NCBI GenBank assembly: GCA_964016885.1
Contig: OZ024765.1
Coordinates: 8,370,001-8,434,000 of the forward strand
Direction of reading: 5' to 3'
DNA length: 64,000 bases
Source: Eledone cirrhosa
Taxonomy: Eukaryota
The translations under genes and the position numbers were made by a program. A model generated the notes under the pieces. It did no database searches. It had not been told where the DNA came from and was given only the letters and a program-made list of their open reading frames with translations. Every line of letters begins with the position of its first letter. Positions within the stretch are counted from its first letter, which is position 1. Shown in pieces: positions 41,129 to 56,058 of the stretch.

Positions 41129-41805
41129 ATATATGTCAATTGACTTTTAATTTAATTTATATATATAGCCCACACTGTAAAGTGGACGTGAAAAGGATAC
41201 GGCAAAAAGCACCCAGCCCACACTGTAAATGTGGTTGGCGTTCGGAAGGGCATCCAGCTGTAGAAGACCAGCTAGAAACACCTCTATATGAGCGAGACAC
41301 GGTCACCCTTACACAAAGTGCCTCTAAATAGGACCCGTCTAACCCATGCTAGCATGGAAGATGGATGTTAATCGATGATGATGATGATATATATTAGATA
41401 TTAAATTAACATAAAGTCAAAATTAAGATAAATTAAATGAATTTAATCTAAATCAAAATTATGGGTGTCATGCCAGAAAGACATGCACCATATCACCCGC
41501 AAAATAAGCTCTAAGATTCTAACGAGTAGGTCCGAGCATTTTATAATAACTAGAAATTGATTAACATATAAATAAACATGAATAATCACAGGAGATAATA
41601 TTTACAAGTGTGTAACCACACATAGCTAGGTAGGTAACTAAATAAAGTTGACCAGAACTTCAAAAATAGATACCTTATAATATGATTAATCTTCCCTGGG
41701 AAGTTACCTACCTAGCTATGTGTGGTTACACACTTGTAAAAATTATCTCCTGTGATTATTCATGTTTATTTATATGTTAATCAATTTCTAGTTATTATGT
41801 ATATA

Positions 41806-41836
<31 letters not shown>

Positions 41837-41876
41837 ATAGAAGGATTTAAAGGGATACAGTTCAGTTAAAAGGAAT

Positions 41877-41997
41877 TTATTGACACGTGTTTCAATAACA
41901 GTTACATAACCTAAAAACAGCTGCTATCTACAAAGTCTTAATTATGTAGACATTCAATATTTCAATGTTATTATCAACTGTCATTTCATCAGAATAA
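41877..41997 (-). ncRNA. Hammerhead motif with a very long helix II
   Basis: ttatt-CTGATGA-aatgacagttg...taactgttatt-GAAA-CACGTG-TC-aataa; GUC cleavage triplet. Confidence 0.7.
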
Positions 41998-42742
41998 TTT
42001 TATTGAGAACCTGTTTGGTATTTATAGAGAATATTAAGAGGGAGGGGTGAAGTTGTGAGAAGAATAGTTAAGGGAGATTTTTTTTGATAGCAGTGAGAAT
42101 TTTTGGTAGCAGTGGGTAATTAGATTCCCATCTGTTGTTGACATTTTTATAGAATACATTATTTGGCGTTGGTTATTTTTCTAAATCTATAGAAGGATTA
42201 GAGATAGTAAAGATATGCCTGGTTGGTTTTGTGTTTGCACTTAATTAACATTCAGACTTAAATTTTTCTTTCAAGTGTATGTATCCTTTCACCCACGCAT
42301 TCACACACAAACATATATGCACACCTCTACAAAATACATATACTCACATACACATACTTACATGCTCATACTTACATACATATACACATGCACATATATA
42401 TATATACATATATTTACATATATACATGTACATACATACGCATTCATGTATATACATTTTCATACTCAACTTATCTTCATATACACACGTATAGGCACAC
42501 ACATATATACATACATACTCCTGTCTATGTGTATATATATATATATATATTATATATATATACGTTATTCCGGGTTGAATCGGAGGTAACCACAGTAAGT
42601 AAGGTACTCAATACATAGCAGAGTATAAAAGTTTTAATATAGATGAGATTCTACAGGACTAGAACTGTTTCATTCTTTAGAAATATGATTTCTAAAGAAT
42701 GAAACAGTTCTAGTCCTGTAGAATCTCATCTATATTAAAACT

Positions 42743-42774
<32 letters not shown>

Positions 42775-43836
42775 ATATATATAAACACTTTAATACATGA
42801 ATACACATACATCTAACTATACACATCAAACATATATATATATTTACTTATTTATATACATTTTCACATATATATATACATACATATGGTCGCTTTTAGA
42901 CACATTCATTATAGCATATTCGCACCTATTCTCATCAGCATATCTTTTCATTATTAGTGTGGTAATTTGAGGTTATTAATATACATATATATGTTGAGAA
43001 GAGATTGTTTTTATATTTTTCTAACTAGATTGAGGTTTAAATAGTTGTGGGGATGTCCCTCTTTTATGTAATATTCAGCTTGTAGTGGGAAAAAAGGGTT
43101 TTAGTTCGGTGACGGCAGAATAATGTTCGTTCAATTCTGTTATTAAGCAATGTTTATATATTTATATATTTATATATATATATATATATATTTTTAAAGG
43201 ACGATCGACTTTCGTCAAATCGGACCGAGGGAACAATGTTTCCGTTGGTCTTTCTAATTGCTAATACTATCTATCGGTCGCAACTCCAGCTAGAAGGAGC
43301 AACGTGAAATAAAGTGTCTTGCTCAAGGACATAACGCATCGCCTGGTCCAGGAATCGAACTCACAACCTTACGATTTCGAATCCAATTCCCTAACCACTC
43401 AGCCACACGCCTTCAATATATATATATGTACATATGTATATATATGTATATGTATATATATATATATGTATATGTGGGAAAGTGAAAAATCGGAGAATAT
43501 ACCGTTAAAACATGTTTATTGAAAATATCGTACGTAGGTGATATTTTCAATAAACATGTTTTAACGGTATATTCTCCGATTTTTCACTTTCCCACGTGCT
43601 TACACTCTGCTAACTCTCTAGCCCACTAAATATTAACACTTCGAATATTTAATACTGCCGGCACTAGTATCGAGCACCTTTGGCATACGCTACTTGGCAA
43701 ATAACTATATGTATCACCTATCCCTTCTTTTTTTCTCTCTTTCTCGATACGTAAATACTATATATATGTATATATATGTATATGTATATATATATGTAAA
43801 TATATGTATATATATATATGTATATATATATATATG

Positions 43837-43926
<90 letters not shown>

Positions 43927-43929
<3 letters not shown>

Positions 43930-44266
43930 AGGAGGTGAGTTTTATTGTAGTACAATAAAGCAATGCAGATATCGGATAAGAAGCACTCTACAGTTTGTAG
44001 GACTGGAGTATACATAATATATGTGATCAAAAGATGATTAAAAGAGTTCCATGTATTTTATTATGCGCATTTCAAAAACAAACATCATCATGCAATAATA
44101 TTTGTTTTCATCAGATAAAATAGGAAGACATGATATGAAGGTTAAAAAACACTTGTGGATAATGCAGTTTTAAATCAACATATGTTGATTTAAAACTGCA
44201 CTATATGATGTTTGTTTTTTGAAATGCGCATAATAAAATACATGGATCACTTTTAACCATCTTTTG

Positions 44267-44270
<4 letters not shown>
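43927..44270 (-). mobile_element. Second copy of the 1171-1601 fold-back element (hammerhead at 44054-44122, minus)
   Basis: High identity; the right arm has an internal deletion. Confidence 0.8.
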
Positions 44271-44311
<41 letters not shown>

Positions 44312-44350
44312 ATATGTACATATGTATATATATGTATATGTATATATATA

Positions 44351-45270
44351 TCATCATCATCATCATCATCATCACCGTTTTACGTCCGTTCTTCGACGCT
44401 AGCATGGGTTAGACGGGTTGTCCTGTTGTGGGCAGTGTCTGGTCGGCTGACCATGCCTTGCTCATACAGGAACTGATTCTAACTTGATTTCTACAGCTGG
44501 ATGCCCTTCCTAACACCAACCTCATTTACAGTGAGTGCTGGGTGCTTTTTCGTGGCGCCTACACGTCCACTTTACAGTGTGGGCTGGGTGCTTTTTTGCC
44601 ATGGAACCTCCACGACCACCTTGCAGTGGGAGGGTGTGGGGGCATATTGTCTATATGCTTGAGCTTGTACCCATGGGAGGTCGGGTACTCTGTATGACTG
44701 CGTGACGCCAGAGGTCACGGTCGTGTGTCATTGTCTTTGAGAGGTGTAATTGGGTAAGGTCGGCTTTTATCACCTCATCCCAGGTCATCTTGGGTCTCCT
44801 CACTCCGCGGTTTCCATCAACTTCTAGTGCTCTGCACCTTTTTATGCAGCTGTCATCCTTCATACGCATCACATGTCCATACCAACGCAACCGCCTCTCC
44901 TGCACACAGCATTTGATTCCTCTTATGCTCAGTCTCTCTCTCAATTCATTTATGCTTTGTCGTTCGCGTATATTACTATTACACATCCATCGGAGCATGC
45001 AGGCTTCGTTTCTCTCTAATCTACGTAAGTCTTCCACCTTCAGCGCCCAGGTCTCACTACCATGCAACATCACTGTTCGGATACACGCATCATACAGTCT
45101 GCCTTTCATTTTGAGGGAGAAGCCTTTTGCAGTTAGCAGTGGCAGTAGTTCCCTAAACTTCTTCCATCCCGTTCTTACCCTAGTTATTGACCTTTTGAAC
45201 ACCCACCTCAGCTGCTAATTCGGTCACCTAGGTAGCAGAAGCTGTTTACTGTTTCTACAGAGCCCTCCCA
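44351..45270 (-). mobile_element. RTE LINE 3' fragment (family B) with full 3' UTR
   Basis: RVRTGWKKFRELLPLL...MLHGSETW...RRLRWYGHVMRMKDD; (GAT)n tail. Confidence 0.9.
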
Positions 45271-45357
45271 GAGATTGGTGGTATTTGTTTATATATACAT
45301 ATATATGTATATATATGTATATGTATATATATATGTAAATATATGTATATATATATG

Positions 45358-45424
<67 letters not shown>

Positions 45425-45475
45425 GTATATGTATATATATATGTATATATATGTATATGTATATATATATGTATA

Positions 45476-45514
<39 letters not shown>

Positions 45515-45530
45515 ATATATATATATATAT

Positions 45531-45925
45531 TGGTAAACGGAATAGAAAATGCTGACAAATTGTTCACAGTTTAAAAATGGTTTAATTAGGAATAAAAGAG
45601 TATTAGTGATTGTATGGGTTAGTATTCAGTTGTGGTTTTAAGTTTTTAACTTTTTACCGGTTGCGCATTTCTAAATGCTTTTCAAAAATAATTTTGAGAT
45701 AGAGTGTCCGTGCTGTTTGCTCTGATCTGATCAGAGCAAACAGCACGGACACTCTATCTCAAAATTATTTTTGAAAAGCATTTAGAAATGCGCAACCGGT
45801 AAAAAGTTAAAAACTTAAAACCACAACTGAATACTAACCCATACAATCACTAATACTCTTTTATTCCTAATTAAACCATTTTTAAACTGTGAACAATTTG
45901 TCAACATTTTCTATTCCGTTTACCA
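45531..45925. repeat. Near-perfect 395-bp palindrome (centre 45728) between (TA)n tracts
   Basis: Arms are reverse complements with about one mismatch seen. Confidence 0.9.
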
Positions 45926-45948
45926 ATATATAATAACTTGTGTGTTAC

Positions 45949-46000
<52 letters not shown>

Positions 46001-46004
<4 letters not shown>

Positions 46005-48442
46005 ATGCTTTGGGAGGGTCATGTTGCCAATAAGAAACACACGCACCAGTTGCTTTCACTCCAATTTATTATAAGTTAAATTTATAAATTTCCGGCTGGT
46101 TGGTTGGTTGGTTCCACCACCTGACGGTTGTTCATATATTGTCAAAGTTCTTTCGTCACGCATTCTGTGACCTCTTCAGTGACTGGGGATTCTTTCTTTG
46201 TTTTTGTGCCTCTCCTTGTTCTGTCCTACGCCATCTTGTTTTTGTGTGTGTTGTGTGCTTAGTTTTTATAATCCTTCCAATATGTCCTTTGACCTACGAC
46301 GAGTACACGCCACGACTTTAGCTTTTAACAAACGCACGCAATTGTCGTCGCAGGTCGATGAACAAACAGAAGCACAATTTAGTATAGTTAGATCTAAACT
46401 TAGAAATATTATAGAACAGTATAGCAAGAAGCAAAATAGAATGGAGGCCCAGCAACTGGGAGAAAAATCTGTAAATGACTTGCATAAGCTCATGCAGCGC
46501 TCGCATAATGGAAAGATTGCATGCTTTCCAACAGACAAGTCTGGCAGAATGTCGGTTGACAGTTTGACAAACTACATCCAGGCAATGCATCACTAACACA
46601 AGAGAAGTAACAGTAAGAGCATGAAGATAGGGAGAAAACCCTCAATGCCCATATGATGATGTGGACAAACATAATGCAGCCCAACAAAAGGACTGCCAAC
46701 AACTTCCAGGCCTGGAACAATGACATGCCAGCGTTGTATGGGCTTCAAAAAGACCATAAAACGAGCAGTGACCCTGTCACAGGACCACCAACACGGCCAG
46801 TCTGTGGAGCTAACATTGCTAGTAACTACAGACTTTCCTACTTCCTCTCCCTGATCATACGCCCCATCATTGAAATGTCCCCAGATATATGTAACAGCAC
46901 GGAGGACCTCCTCAACAGAATCAGTGAAAGTAACCGATCTAGGGACCTAACAAACTGTATAATGGGTAGTATGGATGTTGTGTCCCTATATCCATCCATT
47001 GACGTGGATTTTGCTGTGGAGAAATGTGTATAAATGATCAGTGAGAGCAATGTTGAATTCCGTGGGATTGATACCAGTGAGCTGGGACTCCTACTTAAAC
47101 TTACCTATAGTAATGATTATCTAGATACATATGACCTTAGCAACCTGTGCCCTACAATACCAGCAAGAGGCAGACCACCTACCATTTCCTCAATGGCCAA
47201 GAAAACCCACACAGATAGATGGAACGGGTGGACCAGAGCCATACAGACCCCCGAAAACCACGATGAACTAAAGAAAATGATTGCACATGCGGTGGGGGGC
47301 CAGTATAAAATTAATCCTTAAGGAACATATGTTCAAATTTAATGGAAAAACATATGCCCAAGAGGAGGGAGCAGCCATTGGTGTTAGCATTGCAGGTGAC
47401 ATAGCTAACCTATTCATGGTATGGTGGGACAATAGACTTAAACTTAAACTTAAAGAACAATTAGAAGACAGCAACCTCTTAACCTTGATAATGTACTCCC
47501 GCTACGTTGATGATATAAATATCGTAGTAAAAACACCCCCACTAGAGAACAGTCAGGAATTAGAGAAAAACTCCATCCACCAGAGTATTAGAGTTACTAT
47601 AGACTACCCAAGCAAACACCCCAACGATCGATTACCTGTACTAGACACAGAGCTCTGGTTAGAAACCATTAATAATAAAAAAACAAATCCTCCATTCCCA
47701 GTATGCCAAACCCATGACTTCCAAATATCTGATCCACCGAAACTCAGCTGTTTCGGACCACACCAAAATCAACATACTGATTGCGGATTTGGTACGGGTG
47801 ATGAGAAACGTGTCCCGCATGTGCAACCCCAAAGAACTAGAGAGACACATACAACACTTCATCCACCGTATGCAGTTCTCTGGTTACAATCAGAGAGATA
47901 AAATCAGAGTGTATAGAGGAGCCAGAACCAAATGGGAAAAAATGGTAAATAATGATACAAATAGGACCTGCCCCTTCTATAGGAGCAAATTTTGGAATAG
48001 AATAGAAAGAACAAGGAATAAGATTAATAGAATAAACTCATGGTATGATAGCAATAAATACCAGAGTGTAATGTTCATCGATACAACCCCTAGAGGTGAA
48101 TTAGCTTACAAATTTAGAAGGGCCCTAGATAAACATAAACTCAATATTAAGATAGTAGAAAGACCAGGTACCTCCATAAAAACACTTATTAGCAATACAT
48201 ACCCTTTTCAAATACCTCCCCTGTATAGATAAAAAATGTATAATCTGTAAACTAAGCCCCCATATTAACTGCAAAACTAGAAATGTAGTATATAACATAA
48301 GATATACTGAAGAACAATGTAGAGATAAGAATATAGTGTACATAGGTGAGACAGCTCGTAGTATAGGGGAACAGATAAATGAACACTGGCGAGAGCTTCA
48401 AGATAGAAAAGAATCATCTGTACTCCATCAACATGCTAAAAT
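46001..48442 (+). mobile_element. Decayed Penelope-like retroelement (RT plus C-terminal GIY-YIG) with a probable inverted terminal segment at 46001-46260
   Basis: TDKSG, LYGLQKDHK, TRPVCG, GSMDVVSLYPSID, QEEGAAIG, YSRYVDDI, Cys-rich linker, NVVY...VYIGETARS...NEH; multiple stops and frameshifts; 3' end cut by a SINE. Confidence 0.88.
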
Positions 48443-48773
48443 AGTGGTTAGAGCATTGGCCTTGCAATCGAAAGGTTGTGAGTTCAATTCTCAGACAGGG
48501 TGATGTGTTGTTTCCTTGAACAAGACACTTTATTTCACATTGCTCCAGTTTACTCAGCTGTAGAAATGAGATGATAGGACTGTGGTCCCTATCATTCCAC
48601 TGTAAAGTGGACGTGGAGGTGCCACGGCAAAAAAGCACCCAGCACTCACTGTAAATGAGGTTGGTGTTAGGAAGGGCATCCAGCTGTAGAAATCAAGCCA
48701 GAATCAGTTCCCTTCCCACCCTTGCAAGCAGGGAAAAGCGGACGTAAAATGATGATGATGATGATGATGATGA
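48443..48773 (+). mobile_element. CORE-like RTE-tailed SINE abutting the PLE
   Basis: Matches 12323-12660. Confidence 0.85.
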
Positions 48774-49727
48774 TATATGCTTGTAGATATGATACATCAA
48801 ATAACATCGTAATTGACAATATACACAGAAATTGAATGTAGACTGTGTTACACTGTCTTCTGTAATCAGTGACGTAATCCATGATACATTAAAAAAAGGC
48901 GATTGTATATAAACTGCATTAAGGAGAAATGTAATGAAAACGAAAAAGGAGAAAATTAGCAACAGAAATATAAACGTTATGATATAACGATGCAAAGCGT
49001 CCATTATATCATAACCAGAAGTGTAGACATTTGAAAATTTTAAAAGAAGTGAACCTTAAAATAAGCAATCATTATATATAAGAATATTTATGTTTAATCA
49101 ACAGCTACGAAATTTAGTAGATAAATTATGTAATATTCATTCATTATTTATTCAAAGTAATTGGCTGTATCAGTAGTATGTCAGACACCATGTTTTGCAG
49201 CATAGTGTGATGGCCCTTTCCATTCTGAGTTCAAATCCCGCCGAGGTTAACTTTGCCTTTCATCCTTACGGGGTCGATAAAATAAAGTACCAGTAATGTA
49301 CTGGGTAATTGTCAAAAGTAGAGACAATTATTTATTCAAAGTAATACAACTTATTTTACTCATGGGATAAAAAAATATATTCAGTAAACAGTCCTGCATT
49401 CCTCCCTGAAAGAAAAACATAAGAGTCAAATTCTAAACTAGTTAAGAACTTAATTTAATATTTCTTTGTGGAGATAAACCTTGCGGTTATATCTATTTTT
49501 CTGTATGTCTCTTTATCTTTCAAGTTGCTCTCATTTCTTGCAACCTTTACTTCATAAACACATTCAGCTTTGTGTAAAACTATTTGGTAATTAAATAATC
49601 TTGTATGTATGTCACTATACACAAATACCATACTATATATTTACCCATGCCTGTGTGTACATATATACATATACATATATACATATATATATATATATAC
49701 ATTTACATATATATATATATATATATA

Positions 49728-49768
<41 letters not shown>

Positions 49769-50039
49769 TGCTTTCTTTATTAACCATAAGGGTTTAGACA
49801 AAGTAGACATTAAGGACAGTACAGGACAATACAGGACGGTACAAATGGGCATTTCTGCGTGTAAAAAAACAACAAAAAACAGAGGATATAACAAAAAAGA
49901 ACAATGAAAAATTCCCCAATAGGGGGAAGACTTCCGAGGGCCATCGTAGAGAAAGCCCATTAAAAAAGCCACGGTGACCCTGACCACCAGGAAAAGCGCC
50001 TTCTCCCAGTTTTCCACCTTCAGAATAATAATAATAATT

Positions 50040-50490
50040 AGTTAATTTTCTCCCTCTCCTTTTCTTGCACTCTCGTGTCAAAGGAGCAGGCTACATCTAC
50101 AATCAGGCACAATCTTTTTTCCTTGTCCAAAACCACCAGGTCAGGCCTATTGTGTTCTAATTTCTTGTCCATCTGTATCCTAAAATCCCATAGCACCTTC
50201 ACCTGATCGTTAAAAAGGATTTGGAACTGCCATGAAATCAAGGTCGTACCGATTGTCATAGGCGTACTAGGTACTATCTCAAGGAGTTTCCAAGGATGGT
50301 TAAAGAAGATTAGTCCAGCCCTGCTTTATGGAACACTACAAAATGCATGCTTGCTGGGAACAGCAAGAACCCTCCGATATATCCTGAATGTCTGAGGCTG
50401 CAGGTAGCGGCTTGATATTCATTTCAACAAACTTTCCAGTTAAATAACATCAATGACTGAGACTCAAAGAACAATAATAATAATAATAAT
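50040..50490 (+). mobile_element. R4/Dong-like LINE 3' fragment with a 5' inversion
   Basis: 50040-50210 is the reverse complement of the segment at 51133-51301; the remainder matches 51328-51590; flanked by (AAT)n. Confidence 0.78.
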
Positions 50491-50671
50491 TGTTTATATT
50501 TTTGGCACAAGGCCAGCAATTACCTCAGTACATTACTGGTACTTTATTTTATCGACCCCGTAAGAATGAAAGGCAAAGTTAACCTCGGAGGGATTTGAAC
50601 TCAGAATGGCAAGGGCTGTAACTCTATGCGTCAAAGCGTGGTGTCCGACCCTCTACCGATACTGCCAATAA

Positions 50672-50713
<42 letters not shown>

Positions 50714-50719
50714 GAATAA

Positions 50720-51590
50720 TGAGGAGGAAATAACAAGGAGAAAGAGCAACCTTCATGAAAAATCCCTTCATAGTACTTTCTTTAAGAAAACTGAATTCAG
50801 AGATCCACAGACATGGAACTGGTTGAAAAGAGGATACCTTAAAAAGGCTACAGAAGGAATGCTAATGGCTGCGCAAGAGCAGGCCCTCAAAACGAAGTGG
50901 CTGAAACACCATATTTACAAGGAGGAGGCTAGCCCATTATGTAGGATCTGTGGAGAGAGAGAGGAGACTGTGGCTCACATTGTATCCGAGTGTAAACACC
51001 TAGCCCAGACTCACTATAAGGGCTGGAGACATGACGTGATGGGCAGGGTGATCCACTGGCACCTATGCAAAGTAAACAATATACCACATTCTGAGAAGTG
51101 GTATGAGCATAAGCCAGAGTCAGGGATAGAAAACGATCAGGCGAAGGTGCTGTGGGATTTTAGGATACAGACGGACAAGAAACTGGAACACAATAGACCT
51201 GACCTGGTGGTTTTGGACAAGGAAAAAAGATTGTGCCTGATTGTGGATGAGGCCTGCCCATTTGACATGAGAGTGCAAGAGAAGGAGAGGGAGAAAATTA
51301 ACCGATACCAGGACTTAAAGTGGGAGGTAAAAAGGATTTGGAACTGCCATGAAGTCAAAGTGGTCCCGATTGTCATAGGCGCACTAGGTACTATCTCAAA
51401 GAGTTTCCAAAGATGGTTAAAGAGAATTGGCCCAGCCCCGCTTTTTGGAACACTTCAAAAGGCATGCTTGCTGGGAACAGCAAGAACTCTGAATATCTGA
51501 GGCTGCAGGTAGTAGCTTGATATTCATTTCAACAAACTTTCCAGTTAAATAACATCAATGACTGAGACTCAAAGAACAATAATAATAATC
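50720..51590 (+). mobile_element. R4/Dong-clade non-LTR retrotransposon 3' fragment (zinc knuckle plus restriction-like endonuclease)
   Basis: CRICG...HIVSEC, RHD, RPD..D..K..Y motifs; embedded in (AAT)n. Confidence 0.85.
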
Positions 51591-52554
51591 GACCCCGTAA
51601 GGATGAAAGGCAAAGTCAACCTCGGCGGGATTTGAACTCAGACCGCAAAGGGACGTAACTATGCTGGAAAGCATGGCGTCCGACCGTCTGCCAATACTGC
51701 CAATATGATAATGATATATATATATATTAGAAAAGGGAAGTAAGGTTCTATACAAAATACAAAACGGTGATTATAGAGAAAAGGTGAAGTTGGAAATAGC
51801 ACGGAAAATATAATTTAGTGTCTGTTTTTCTTTCTTTTCCTTTCTTTAATTCGTCAAAGGGACATTATTGAAAAAATGAGAGGGACAATTCTTTTAAAAA
51901 AGAGTTTCTTAAAGTATATAAAGTATTTAAAGTATATAAAGTATATAATGTATATAATGTATATAATGTATATAAAGTATATAAAGTATATAATGTATAT
52001 AAAGTATATAAAGTATTTAAAGTATATAATGTATATAAAGTATATAAAGTATATAAAGCATATAAAGAATATAAAGTATATAAAATATATAAAGTATAAC
52101 CAGTTTCGATGTATTATTAAAATTCATCTTATCAAATGTTGAGTATTACAATTAAAAAGAATTAATAAGAATTAAAAACTAAAAATTAAAGATTTAAAAT
52201 TAAGTGTTGAGGTAAGTTTTTTTTTATCTTCCTTGTTGAGAAGTGGGCCGGAGAATTGTCCCTCTCATTTGTTCAATGTCACTTTGACAAATCACAGGAA
52301 AAACAAAGAAAAACAGAGCCTAAAAATATATTTTTTGTGCTATTTCCAATTTCACCTTTTCTCTATGTATATATATATATATCATCATCATTTCATTTTA
52401 CGTCTGCTTTTTCCATGCTTGAAAGGGTGGGACGGGAACTGATTCTGGCTTGATTTCTACAGCTGGATGCCTTTCCTAACACTGCCCACAACAGGACAAC
52501 CCGTCTAACGAATGTTAGCGTGAAAGAACGGACGTAAAACGGTGATGATGATGA

Positions 52555-52675
<121 letters not shown>

Positions 52676-52824
52676 CTTACATAGAGAAAAAGTGAAGTTG
52701 GAAATAGCCCAGAAAATATGTTTTAGGGTCTGTTTTTCTTTTTTTTCTTTTCTCTGATTCGTCAAAGTAACATTATTGAAAAGATGACATTAATGTCATA
52801 TATATATATACGCACACAATATAC

Positions 52825-53035
52825 ATAAACTCGTATAAGCGCTTGTAGAAAGGTCACCATTTTGATACCTCTTGTATTTTGGAGGTATGGTCAAATTTTT
52901 GGCCTTGAAATCTTGGGTAGTGCTTTTGTTCTACGTCTAAACATAAATATAGGTTTCAAGGCCCAAATTTCACCTCCAGAATACAAGAGGTGTCAAATTA
53001 CTGACTTTTCTTCAGGTGTTTATATGAGTTTATAA
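52825..53035. mobile_element. MITE-like imperfect inverted repeat
   Basis: ataaactc...tttgatacctcttgtattttggaggt / acctccagaatacaagaggtgtcaaa...gagtttat. Confidence 0.5.
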
Positions 53036-53471
53036 ATTATGTTTGATAGTTACAGATGCATCGGCCAGGAATCAAATCCAGACTGCCCGCGTGGCAGGTG
53101 AGCATTCTACCACTGAACTGGACACACTCGAAGAGGGAGACCGAGGATATGTACGTGTGTGTGTGTGTGTGTGTATATATATACAGCTCCAAAGTAACAC
53201 AGAGGAGACTGTGATTAGCTGGACATGTTCACTGACATTCAGAGTTGACACTACACTCGGTGGTCCTGTGGGAGATCCTACACGGACACACTGGAAGAGG
53301 GAGACCGGGGTTGACATATATTTATGCCCTAATGACAGACACTGGTCTCTTGGAGACACAGGGCATAGCAGCAATGATGAAGGACAGAGACCGCTGGAGA
53401 GAACTCGTCCATGGATCTCAAGAATTTTACCTGCTCTAGATAGATATGTTTAATAAATTTCAATTACTCAC

Positions 53472-53702
53472 CCTCCATGGACCACCAGTTGAGTAAGAAG
53501 CGTTCTTCAAATTGACAGCGGCTACACGTCTTAGGAAATAATTATTTGCGGCCAGGACACAGCTTGTCTGGATCTTTCGAATGGTAGCATCAATTACCTC
53601 ATCTCCATCCTCCCCAGACTTCAATGTCAAATCTTCAGCATTTACAAAATGTCTTGCAATGCAAAGACAAACGCCAACCATGAAAAAATACCCAAACGAC
53701 AT
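53472..53702 (-). CDS. VWA/chitin-binding protein, exon 1 (signal peptide plus start of the N-terminal domain); full CDS about 640 aa
   Basis: MSFGYFFMVGVCLCIARHFVNA signal-like segment; ends GGPWR|gtgagt, phase 0 with exon 2. Confidence 0.8.
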
Positions 53703-53830
53703 TTTAGGAAAATCTTTCGTGTTCTTCTTTGTGAAAGTCTTTCAGTTCTTCGTCTTCTTGTTGGTGAAAGTTTTTTTTGTTGTTCTCTTTCTTCTTCGTC
53801 CTCTTATCGTCAGAGATGTTGCCCAGATAT

Positions 53831-53862
53831 GACTGGTACATAACAAATTCTGCTGTTTTATA
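53831..53862 (-). promoter_or_regulatory. TATA box plus initiator candidate for the VWA gene
   Basis: TATAAAA (53862-53856) lies 28 nt upstream of the A of CCAGTC. Confidence 0.5.
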
Positions 53863-54094
53863 ACAAATGGAATAATGGGCTTTGTTTTGTTTTGTTGGTT
53901 GAGTTTTTTGTGTTTTATTTTTGAAAAGAAATGAAGAGAAAGAAAAAGTAAAAACAGGTGTGAAACTGTACGAAAAGGAAAAAGATATTCATTTACAGAT
54001 TTAAGGTGTGACGACAACGGTAGCAATAACAACAACAAAGGTTGTGAGGTGACATTATGTTATTTATTGTATCTTTATATAACACACACATATA

Positions 54095-54237
<143 letters not shown>

Positions 54238-54315
54238 GTATATATATGTATATATACTCTTGAGGCAAGAGTGATTGACTTGCTCACATAGGACTGTCTG
54301 GCGGGTTTTCTACAG

Positions 54316-54394
<79 letters not shown>

Positions 54395-54734
54395 CATATA
54401 TATATATGTGTTATATGAAACAAAAATGAATGAGAAAACTCAGTGATCTGAAAAATATTGGATTTTATCTCTATATAAATATATATATATATATATAACA
54501 AAGGAATTGTGGTAAGGAACCAGCTGGACCATAACGCACCAGAGTACTCAATACTTAGGGTAGTAGAGTGGGAAATAGGAAAAAGTATGACCTCGACGGC
54601 AGAGCTCAACCCGTTTCGAAGGCTATTTCTGGACCAGAAATAGCCGTCGAAACGACTTGAGCTCTGCCGTCGGGGTCATACTTTTTCATATATATATATA
54701 TATATATAGATAGATAGATACATACATACATAAT

Positions 54735-54824
<90 letters not shown>

Positions 54825-54919
54825 TAATTAAGAAAGTAAAACAAAGCTATACATTTTACTGTCATTTCTATAATACGAAGAGGGTGTTTAACTCCAGCAC
54901 GCTCCAGTATTTTAACCCT

Positions 54920-54952
<33 letters not shown>

Positions 54953-55093
54953 GTGAATATACGTGAACGGCAAAGCATAAACGAACTAAGGGAAAAATTA
55001 GAAATAAGAGGGATCAGATGTTGTTTATTCGAAAGAAGGCTACGTTTTCCCTATATATATAGAGAGAGAGAGATAGATACATACATACATAAT

Positions 55094-55179
<86 letters not shown>

Positions 55180-55792
55180 GTATATATATCATCATCATTA
55201 TCTATAAAAGACAGATTGTTGTGTGTTTGTGTGTGTATGTGTGTGCATGTTCCATGTTTATACATTTGCACAATTTCAAACCGATTCGACTCAAAGTCTG
55301 TAAGAATGTTGTAAATGGACTAACTTATGTCAATGACTATTTATTTATTGCAAAGAAGTATCAGTTTATTTACTATACACAATAGTATCCTCTATGAGGT
55401 CACTAAACCTGCTAGAAACAGCAGCTAACTCTCCCCCATATCATACCCCTCCCTACTGTCTTAAATTTAGAAAACACACATTAGACAACCATGCAGAACA
55501 ACTCCATCGCAGCTCTGTTGTTCGGCTGGCATCGTCTACGCGCATGTTGCGCAAGTACTGTGAAACAATAAATTTTAACACTTCTTTGCACAGAGATAAT
55601 ATCCATAGGCGAAACTACAATTGTCACTGCTGGCGCAGCTCCTGCTTCGGCAGTCCAGGTCTGCAATTCATTCACCCAGTGCCTGGCAAACAAAAAAGTG
55701 CAGCCATAAAATGGTTGGTGTAACCTAACTTTGGTAACTTACTGACCCCGAGCAACGCCGCGCTTTAATGCTAGTATATATATATATGTATG

Positions 55793-55866
<74 letters not shown>

Positions 55867-55973
55867 AAGAATGAATAATAAAACAGGTAGACATCATAAA
55901 AAGGTAATTTATTCCAAGTGTTTACAAATGCTATTATTGCATTCAGGATAATCCTAAGCATTTCTTGCATAAC

Positions 55974-56033
<60 letters not shown>

Positions 56034-56058
56034 CACATATATATATATATATATATAC

